From Octopus sinensis (taxonomy: Eukaryota), in assembly GCF_006345805.1 (NCBI RefSeq), contig NC_043011.1, positions 24,564,464 to 24,628,463 on the forward strand: a stretch of 64,000 nucleotides of DNA. The letters run 5' to 3'. The notes beneath the pieces were generated by a model. It did not search any database. It saw only the letters and a program-made list of their open reading frames with translations, and was not told the DNA's origin. The translations under genes were made by a program, and so were the position numbers. Of this stretch, positions 52,430 through 62,590 are shown in pieces (within the stretch, counting starts at the first letter, position 1; each line of letters starts with the position of its first letter).

Positions 52430-52639
52430 TATTTACAGGATGTTATTTATATGTTTGGTCATAGAATGACCAATGGTTTTGCATGCATAACGTGTTTATG
52501 CTTATAGACAACTTGTCAGACTCCAATAGCCATCTGTGGCCATTGGAGTGTACCAAGTTGTCTACAAGGCTAAGTACTTTATGGATGCAAAACCATCGGT
52601 CACTTTATGACCAGCCATATAATTAACTTCCTGTAAATA
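52430..52639. repeat. Imperfect ~100-bp-arm fold-back
   Basis: Arms meet at a tctg loop (52533-52536). Both carry TGC-AAAAC-CAT(C/T)G-GTC. Confidence 0.85.
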
Positions 52640-52868
52640 TATATCTTCTTTTATTCTTTTATTCTTTTACTTGTTTCAGTCATTTGACTGTGGCTATGCT
52701 GGAACATATATATAGATATATATACATATATACATATATACATATATATATATATATTGTTATATTTCGGAATGGTCATATTGCCAGTTTAGCCAATAAA
52801 AACACACGCACTATATATTTGGTGTTATTTTGCTTCATAAAAAATCTTGCACAACAAATATTTAAACG

Positions 52869-52901
<33 letters not shown>

Positions 52902-53509
52902 ATACACACACACATATACATATACATATATATATACATTTTGTTGTGACATTTACTGGGGAAGATGTTTTCTTAACTCCCTTCAGAACAGAAGTGGGGT
53001 TCTCATTGCTCTATGCTGACTTCTTTTCTTCAGGACATCACGGGGGGGGCCCATAGTGTGGGTAGAAGAGAGAAATGGTGATAGAAGTGAACTAGAATGG
53101 GAGTGAGAAATCAGAGAAAGTACGAAGGGAGAAACTGAATGATTGTGTTGATAATCTGGAATAGGAATGTTATGTAGGAGAAACAAAGCTTGTGAAGTAA
53201 AGGAAAACAGACAGTAAAGTCAGGGTCTAATGAGAGAGAGAGAGAGTGCTATATGATAGTAGCAACTACAAATTTGTAGATAAGAGAGAGAGAGGGAGGG
53301 AGAGAGAGATAAAGAGAGAGAGTGAGAGACAGAGAATGAGACAGACAGGCAGATAGACAGAGAGCAAGAAATGATAGTTAGAGAAATGATCAGTGGTAAG
53401 AAAGTGTGATGAATGGGGAATGTTTGTAATGAGTGAATTGGTGGAGAGAGAGTGACAGTTTGCAATATAGACGGGGGGGGGGGGTATAATGTCAATTGGA
53501 TTGGAGGAG

Positions 53510-54400
53510 CATGAGTAAAGGATAATTGAGATGGCTAAGGAGTGAGGTCTGAGTCTTGAGGGACTCCTGCTCTCATGCTAAATTCATCACTGAAATTGTC
53601 ATTGGTTTTTACTTCAGTTACTGCATCTTTACATATATCTCACAAGCCCTTACAAGTCATTCATCTACAATTAGTTTCCTTATTGTCCACAAAATTACTG
53701 AACATAGTACTCTATGAAATGTCTCTTCCAAATCATTGAATGCCCTGAATAGTAGTTTACTTTTAGCCAAGTATTTCTCCTGCAGTTGCCTTGCTAAGAA
53801 CATTGTAACCATAGTACCACTTCTAAGCACAAATCTGAAGTGCATCTCATCTCATCAAAGTGTACTCTGCCATGGATCAATTGTGCTATGATTCTCATAT
53901 GATTCTCACGTAACCTTCATAACCCGATCCAATTGTTTAATTCCTCAATAATTTTCTCTCTCTAAGGTATCTCCTTTGCTTTTGTAGTAGTTTACAGCAA
54001 TACTGTTATGCCATATGATACTTTGCTGTATTACTTGATTAACTATTCATGTGACAATCATGTATCCTACTTCGCCAGATATTTTGAGCATCTCTACAAC
54101 TGTCCCTGATAAACTTGCAGCTTTCCCTCTCTGCATATCTTTGATTGCTTTATGTACCACATTGCTGTCAACTTGAATTACTGGTCCCTCTGTAGAAGTC
54201 AGCATTAGGTAGTTCCTCTATATCTTATGCATTCTCCTACATTTCACATAATTTCTATATCACTTTCTTGTCTCCCATTTCAGTGTTGAACATTTCTGCA
54301 TTATTCTGAATACACTTCTCTCCAATGACATCTTAGTTCTCACACACTATCTCACAATCCTTGAAACTCATTGCAGGACATGCCTGAATTTCTTCCTTTG
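53510..54400 (-). mobile_element. Decayed RTE LINE reverse transcriptase region
   Basis: FLARQLQEKYLAKSKLLFRAFNDLEETFHRV and SDEFSMRAGVPQDS. Confidence 0.85.
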
Positions 54401-54828
54401 TCACACACACACACACTCACAGATACACTCTCTTTCACACACTCTCTTTCACACACACACTCTCTTTCTCACACACGCACACACACATGCATATGAATGT
54501 GTGTGTTTGTGTGTGTGTGTGTGCGTTTGTGTGTGTGTGTGTATATAATATATATATACACACACATACAAACATACACACATACACTCACACATGTATA
54601 CAAATATATATATATATATATAGCATAGTAAGACCAATATATACATTATTCAAAAGTTTGATACAGATTCCATACTACTTGAGGTACGGAGGTCATAATA
54701 TAAGTGGCATGGCATTAGAGTAGAGAGTGGGGGAGGAGAATGTAGTGAGCGGTGAAAATCTGTGTATATAGAGTTGGGGGCTACTGTATGTATGTCATAT
54801 GTATGCATGTATATAGTGTGTATATATA

Positions 54829-55213
54829 TGGTGGAAGCACTCCGTCGGTTACGACGATGAGGGTTCTGGTTGATCCGATCAACGGAACAGCCTGCTCGTG
54901 AAATTAACGTGTAAGTGGCTGAGCACTCCACAGACACGTGTACCCTTAACGTAGTTCTTGGGGATATTCAGCGTGACACAGAGAGTGACAAGGCCGGCCC
55001 TTTGAAATACAGGTACAACAGAAACAGGAAGTAAGAGTGAGAGAAAGTTGTGGTGAAAGAGTACAGCAGGGATCACCACCATCCCTGCCGGAGACTCGTG
55101 GTGCTTTAGATGTTTTCGCTCAATAAACACTCACAACGCCCAGTCTGGGAATCGAAAGCGCGATCCTACGACCGCGAGTTCGCTGCCCTAACCACTGGGC
55201 CATTGCGCCTCCA
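54829..55213 (-). mobile_element. Mosaic SINE: type B head/body + tail Y
   Basis: Head and body match 10761-10950. The tail differs and contains the hairpin gttgatc-c-gatcaac. Confidence 0.85.
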
Positions 55214-55263
<50 letters not shown>

Positions 55264-55332
55264 TACATCTTTGGTGAGTTAAGTTGAGATTCCGAAATGA
55301 CAATGTAACCTTCATATAATTAAGGTAGTTTG

Positions 55333-55415
55333 GGCCTGATGAGTAGCTAAGTGAGAACCCCTTGTTGAGTAATTATTATGTCAGAGGATCTGCTAGCTAG
55401 GAAACATATTTAGCC
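55333..55415 (+). ncRNA. Type-I hammerhead motif (position 16.2 G to T)
   Basis: GGC-CTGATGA-G-TAGCTA..TAGCTA-G-GAAAC-ATAT-TTA-GCC. Confidence 0.6.
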
Positions 55416-55455
55416 TGGATTTCACCCATTCCACTCCCTCAATTTGGATTTATAT

Positions 55456-55498
<43 letters not shown>

Positions 55499-55778
55499 AG
55501 AGAAGAGAGAGAGAGAGAGAGAGAGAAAGAGTGAGTGAGAGGGGGAAAAGAGAGAGAGAGGTTATGAGAGGTAATGGTATCAGTAAGACCCAAAGGTGTC
55601 AGGTAATGCTGAGTAAGTGCTATGGACAAAATATAGTTAAGCTCTAGGTTTGGTGATTAATGTGAGTGAGGAGTCCAACGTAGGTCACATATCAGCATGT
55701 GTATATATGTAAAAAAATTTTCAGAATGAGATGAAAATCCAAGGCTGTGAAAGATTTTAGAACATTTATAAATAGAAG

Positions 55779-55823
55779 GTCTTACAGCTGTTTCCAGCAT
55801 ATTTTATATCCTTCATCAGAGAC
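55779..55823 (-). ncRNA. Minimal type-I hammerhead ribozyme motif, all core residues intact
   Basis: GTCT-CTGATGA-AGGATAT(aaa)ATATGCT-G-GAAAC-AGCT-GTA-AGAC. Stem II has a G.G mismatch and one extra G. Confidence 0.75.
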
Positions 55824-55922
55824 AGTGTGAGAAAATGGTTAACGTCTATTTTCATTCCTCCACTTCACTCTCTATTTCATATCTTATCTAGAATAACTAT
55901 TGTGAAACCATTTTCTCATGCC

Positions 55923-55970
55923 GTCTCTGATAAAGGGATATATAAAATATACTGGAAACAGCTGTAAGAA
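55923..55970 (+). ncRNA. Minimal hammerhead motif (G8A variant)
   Basis: GTCT-CTGATAA-..-GAAAC-AGCT-GTA-AGAA. Confidence 0.6.
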
Positions 55971-56044
55971 CTTCTATTTATAAATGTTCTAAAATCTTTC
56001 ACAGCCTTGGATTTTTATCTCATTCTGAATTTTTTATGTGTGTG

Positions 56045-57125
56045 TGTGTAAGTAGCAGGGGTAGATGCTCTAAGAGTGTAGCTGCTAGAATAAGTATAGC
56101 CTGGGCAATGTTCAGAGAGGTCTTACCTCTGATGGTAACAAAGGGCCTCTCGCTCAGAGTGAAAGGTAGACTGTATGATGCATGTGTGCAAACAACCATG
56201 CTACACGGCAGTGAAATATGGGCTGTGACTGCTGAGGACATCTATAGGCTTCAAAGAAACGAAGCTAGTATGCTCCGCTAGATGTGTAATGTCAGTGTGC
56301 ATATACAACAGAGTGTAGGCATTCTGAGAGATAAAAGTTGAACGTAAGAAGCATCAGATGTGGTGTGCAAGAGGGATGACTGCACTGGTACGGTCATGTG
56401 TTGTGTATGGATGAGGACAGCTGTGTGAAGTGTCACACCCTAACAGTGGAGGGAACCTGTGGAAGAGGTAGACCCTGGAAGACATGGGATGAGGTGGTGA
56501 AGCACAACCTTCGAACATTGGGCCTCACAGAGGCAATGACCAGTGACCAAGACCTTTGGAGATATGCTGTGCTTGAGAAGACCCAGCAAGCCAAATGAGA
56601 TCATAGCTGTGGCTGATGCCTGTGTCGCATAACTGACCTGTTTAAAAGTACTCTTCAATCATTGGGCAATATCTTGTACTTGTGAAGACCTGTTGAGTCA
56701 AGTGAAATCGTAGTCATGGCCAATGCCAGTGCCACCTGACTGGCACGTAAAAAGCACCATTCAAACATGGCCAATGCCAGTGCTGCCTGACTGACACCCA
56801 TGCCAGTGGTATATAAAAAGCACCATTCGAGCGTGACTGATGACAGTACCACCTGACTGGTTCCCATACCTGTAGCACGTAAAAAGCACCATTCGAGTGT
56901 GGTCGATGCCAGTGCCACCTGATTAGCCCCCATGCCAGCAGCATATAAAAATCAGCCACTACACTCTCAGAGTGGTTGGCATTAGGAAGGGCATCCAGCT
57001 GTAGAAACCTTACCATATCAGATTGGAGCCTGGTGCAGCATCCTGGCTTGCCAGTCCCCAGTTAAATGTCCAACCCATGCCAGCGTGGAAAGCGGATGTT
57101 AAACAATGATGATGATGATGATGAT
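56045..57125 (+). mobile_element. 5'-truncated RTE LINE: ORF C-terminus, 3' UTR minisatellite, (GAT)n tail
   Basis: GLSLRVKGRLYDACVQTTMLHGSEIW..WYGHVLCMDEDSCVKCHTLTVEGTCGRGRPWKTWDEVV..AVLEKTQQAK*. Confidence 0.92.
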
Positions 57126-57235
57126 ATATATATATATATATATATGAGAAAACTGCAAGTGCTTGTGTATATGTTGGCATGAGTGTTTATGTTAGTATGT
57201 TTGTGTATATACAAGAGATATTGGTAGCATATGTT

Positions 57236-57274
<39 letters not shown>

Positions 57275-58188
57275 TGTGTGTCTGTGTAGTGTGTTTGTAG
57301 TGTGTGTGTGTGTGATGTGTGTGTTTATTTAGAGTATCAGATTTACGTGTTTCATTGTTGTGTTTTGATTTTAGCATTGTTTTGAATGAAAAACCTTACA
57401 CATGCATGTACACTAATACACATATACACGCATGCAAACATGCACGGATGTGCATGTAGACACACACACACATGCGCACTCACACATGCACACGCACATG
57501 TGCACATGCACACACACACACACACACACACATACACATAGCAGTGACTAAGATTGCCAATAACGATAGCCATTATTACGCTTGAGTGAAGCATGCTATG
57601 GTGGCCACTCACTGTAACAGATTCCCACTCAATTTGTATTCGACGATGTAGTAGATGCACTGCACAGTCAGTTAACTGCCAACCATTACTTAGAACAACA
57701 TCACTCAACTGAAGAAATTTTAACCAATAATGGATGCTCACTGCTATTCTTTTACTCAATCACTTACTTTCTCTCTCTCTCACTTCCACTCACTCACCCA
57801 CTCACTCATTCCTTTACTCATCACTCATTCCTTCTCTGTCTCTCTCTTTCTCTCTTCCTCACTTGCCCTTTCTATTGCATTCAATTTTGCCCTTTTTTCT
57901 CCATTTCAGTCTTTCTCACACCACCCCCACCACACACATACACTCTATTTTTCTCACAATATTCTTCTCTCTTACAAACATATCATTTCTTTCTCCCATT
58001 CTTTGTCTCACTCTGCCTCTCTCTCTCTCTCTTTTCCACTCACTTATTATTATTATTATTGTTATTATTCTTGCTCGCTATCTTCTCTTTTTTCTCTCAC
58101 ATTCCCCCACTCTCAGTAACTCCCTCTCTCTCTCAATATATATATAATAATAAATACATATGCATATATAAATATATATATAGATATA

Positions 58189-58224
<36 letters not shown>

Positions 58225-58479
58225 TGTATGTATGTATGTGAGCATATATCTATTTATCTATATATGTATGTATATATATTTATTATATATATATATATTT
58301 ATATTAGAGGAGAAGAGAGAGAGAGAGAAGTGAGTGAGAGAGGGGAGAAGTGACAGAAAAAGAAAGAACAGATTAGACAGGTGAAAGAGAGATTTACAGG
58401 AAAAGAGAGAAGAGAGAAAAAAGAGAAGGTAGAGAGCGGGAATAATAATAATAAAAATAAGAGAGCAGAAAAGAGAGAG

Positions 58480-58565
<86 letters not shown>

Positions 58566-58691
58566 GTATCTTTGTATCTATGTATGTATGTATATATATA
58601 AATGTACACACATATATTAATATATATATGCATATATGTGCATGTTGCATATATATATGTATATATGCATATACTTATTCAAAGCAGCAGA

Positions 58692-58806
58692 AAATTCAAC
58701 AAAACCTGTTACTCTGAGTTTCATGTTATTATTATATATATAGAGAGAGAGAGGGAGTTACTTAGCGTAGAGGAATGTGAGAGAAAAAAGAGAAGATATC
58801 GAGCAA

Positions 58807-58881
<75 letters not shown>

Positions 58882-58936
58882 AAACTGTCCGACGAATGGG
58901 AACGTGAAACTCAGAGTAACAGGTTTTGTTGAATTT
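58692..58936. mobile_element. Fold-back element with perfect 32-bp TIRs and a hammerhead in the right arm
   Basis: 58692-58723 / 58905-58936. 58885-58922 reads CTGT-CCGACGA-ATG(ggaa)CGT-GAAAC-TCAGA-GTA-ACAG. Confidence 0.85.
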
Positions 58937-59554
58937 GAGTACTCTTTTTTCCACCTTGTTTCAAATTTATGTGTTTACTCCGGTATATCTATCTATCTAT
59001 CTATCTATATATATATATTATATATATATGTGTATATATTTATATATATTTATATATATATATATATTATATATATATATAGATATATATATATATATAA
59101 TATATATATATATTCATATATATATATATTATATATATTTATATATATATATATATGTGTATATATATATATAATATATATATATATACATGTGTGTATG
59201 TGTATTTACATGTATATATATTAATATATACATGTATGTGTATATATATATATAAATTTCAATTTACATCATCTCCCCCCTCTATCCTGTAGTGTTTTTC
59301 TTTTTACACTTTCTCCATATCCTTCTCCTTTTCACCTTTCTTCACCACCATCCTCCACCTCATCCATTTCCATTTCTTGTTCTGTTATTCTCAAACCCCA
59401 ACATACCTTCCCATCCTCTGCAAGGCATTCTCCCATCATTCTGTCTTTTCTCTCACTTCTACTCACACTATCTCCCATACTTTCATTCATTTTCTCTCTC
59501 TCCCCCTTTCTCTCTATCTCTCTCTTATTTACTTTCTCATTTCACTCTTTCCTC

Positions 59555-59899
59555 CTAGTTCATGCATGCAAACATATGCACACATTTATGTATGTGTGTG
59601 TGTGTGTGTATGCATGTATGTATGTATATATATATGTGTGTGCGTGTGTGTATGTATATATATTTAGTATATATATACATATATATATATATATGCATAT
59701 ATATACACACATACATACACATATACATATGCAAATATATGTATGTATATCTATATATATGTGTGTATGCATTTATGTATATATGTATATATATATATTT
59801 ATAAATAGATATATATATACATATATATACATGCATATATGTAAATAAACATATATCTACGTATATATACATACATATATATATACACACACATATATA

Positions 59900-59933
<34 letters not shown>

Positions 59934-60296
59934 CATACATATAATATATATATATAAACATAAAATAAAGTACTATATAGCCGTTCAGAATACTGTCTAC
60001 AGACAAGAGGCTCTATATCTATACTGGATTACATGCATATGTTAATATCTATATATATGCACCTGTGCATGGCTGGATGCATAGCACACATGCTAATCAA
60101 TGTGGACTGTTATTGATGCATCAGTTGTGTGGCATATTGGAAAGCAACAACAGCATGATGAAGCAATCAGAGGAACACAAACATATGTAAACTCATACTA
60201 TAAATACATGCAGATGTATATAATATATATATATATACACATGCATATATGTACATATATGTTATACATGTATATACATATATACATGTATATACC

Positions 60297-60338
<42 letters not shown>

Positions 60339-60513
60339 TGTATAATATATATGTACATATATGTATACATATTTATATCTATATACATACACATATATAT
60401 ATATATTATATATGATGATGATGATGATATACGTATGTATATCTATATATATATATATGCATGTATGTATGTATATATATTTAGTATATATATACATATA
60501 TACATGTATATAC

Positions 60514-60563
<50 letters not shown>

Positions 60564-60781
60564 ATATATATAATATATATATATATATACACATATATAT
60601 ATGTGCATACAAGTTTGTGTGTGTGTACATGTATGTATAATTGAAAATAAAATGAGCAAAAGGACATATCTCAAGTGGGAAACAATACAAATTTAGATAA
60701 GTTATGCAGTGGGTTATGCATGTGTGTGTCTATGTGTGGCATACACAAACGTACAGACATAGGTAAACACATAACCAACAT

Positions 60782-60818
<37 letters not shown>

Positions 60819-61370
60819 CACACACATACACACACACAAACACACACATGAACACACAAACACACACATATTAACATACAGAAGCACAGATGTATTCATA
60901 TGTGTGTGAGACAATGAAAAAGAGAAGGGGTTGTATGCATGTGTGTACGTGTGTGCATGCATGTTTGTGTGTGTGTATGTGTGTGATGTGTGTACGTGTA
61001 CATGGGTATATTTATATATGTCTAAATTCTTACAAACATACATCATAAATACTCACAAACTATGAAGGCATATACAAATAAATATTTACATACATGCAGT
61101 CATACATGCATTCAGACAAATACAAACATAATTATATACATATACACAAATAAATGAATGCATACATAGGCATATACAATCACACATACCTGCATATATT
61201 CAGTGATACATAGATACAGATGTACCTACACACACACACACACATGCACACACATACATTGACACAAACATAGAATTACACACACACATGTACACATGTA
61301 CATGCAAACATGCACATGCATACACATATGTATATGTTCACATGCACAACACACACACACACACATGAAT
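59555..61370. repeat. Extended TA/CA/TACA low-complexity tract
   Basis: Direct reading. Confidence 0.9.
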
Positions 61371-61724
61371 ACTGAGGAGCATACAAACAGGCAGATGTGC
61401 AATTAATACAATGTAAACATCAGTTTCTATTAGTGCTCAGAAGATGAAACAATACTAGATCTGACAACTTCTAAGATGGAGTGGTGATTACCTAAACTAT
61501 GTCTAAACACAAGCCAGACTTAATAGACAGCTTGCATCAGACTAGTTTATTGAACTGGCATCTTAGCCCAAATTTCCATGTCGAATTCCTTTTATTACCA
61601 TTAATAATTTGACAAGGGACGAGGGTGCCAGATTCATAGAATCACTTGAATATTGAATAAAGCATTTCATGATATTTGATCTGGCTCTTTATGTTCTTAT
61701 TTCAAACCCCAGTGAGGTGGACTC

Positions 61725-62292
61725 TATTGGGTTGTCCGGAAAGTTCGTGCCGATTTTTAAAGGAAAGAAAAAGGTCAATAAATACTTGCAATTACATTTT
61801 TAATCATCCTAATATGAACCATTTTGTTGCACAATGCGTCTTCATCCTTCTTCAACTTGAAAATACCCTCTTCCCAGAATTGAGGTGGTTTCATAGCAAA
61901 GAATTCATCAAGGTATCTTTTTACGTCATCCAAGGAATTAAAATTTTTACCATTAAGACTATTCTGCAGAGACCTGAATAAGTGGAAATCCGAAGGAGCA
62001 ATATCTGGTGAATATGGAGGGTGGGGTAACACATCCCAGCCGAGCTCCACAATTTTTGTCTGGTTCCCAAAGCATCAAGTGCCAAAAATGAACTTTCTTA
62101 TCTTTCATTTTAAAGGGTTACAAAATTAACACAGGTTATAGGAACATAAACCTTCTTCCATGAAAAGATAGCTTAAACTGTGCTCTAAATGGAGGTGTAG
62201 TCAAATCTTATTTTATGGATTCAATCATGTTCTAAAATAAGTTGAACGGTAAGCTACTATAAATCGGCACGAACTTTCCAGACAACGCAATA
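61725..62292 (-). mobile_element. Internally deleted mariner with intact TIRs
   Basis: tattgggttgtccggaaagttcgtgccgattt / aaatcggcacgaactttccagacaacgcaata. ELGWDVLPHPPYSPDIAPSDFHLFRSLQNSL. Confidence 0.93.
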
Positions 62293-62590
62293 CCTTCCAA
62301 TCTTCCAGGATAAATAAAATAAAGTACCAGTTAAATTAAATTACTGAGGTTGATTTTGGGTTTTCTATTTATGTATGAAAGAGGATTGGTGATATTATAA
62401 GGGGGATGAAAAAAGAAAAAGGTTTTGTTGTATTTTTTCTAGCTCTTTACATTCTGAGTTCAAATCTCACTTAGGTCAAATTTGCTTTTCATACTGGTAA
62501 AATACAGTGCCAGTCACAAGTTGTTGTTAATGTATTCAACTTGCCCCATTCCTTCAGAATTGCTGGGATTGTACCAAAATTAGAAGGAGT

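Larger units (their letters stand above)
55711..56035. mobile_element. Fold-back element, ~130-bp arms, one hammerhead per arm
   Basis: Arms 55711-55840 / 55906-56035. Confidence 0.9.

Noticed and set aside
54845-54910. CGATGAG..hairpin..GTGAAA in the SINE tail Y
   Set aside because: Core is ACGATGA and there is no stem III or cleavage triplet; better explained as a LINE-derived 3' stem-loop.
487-55213. SINE heads as tRNA genes
   Set aside because: A and B boxes are present but the heads run into SINE bodies, lie within TSDs and lack full cloverleaves.
9469-61046. Dozens of YI/CV/HT-rich ORFs
   Set aside because: Dinucleotide and tetranucleotide repeats lack stops; there is no coding signal.
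11685-62292. Any autonomous transposase or LINE
   Set aside because: All copies are truncated, internally deleted or frameshifted.
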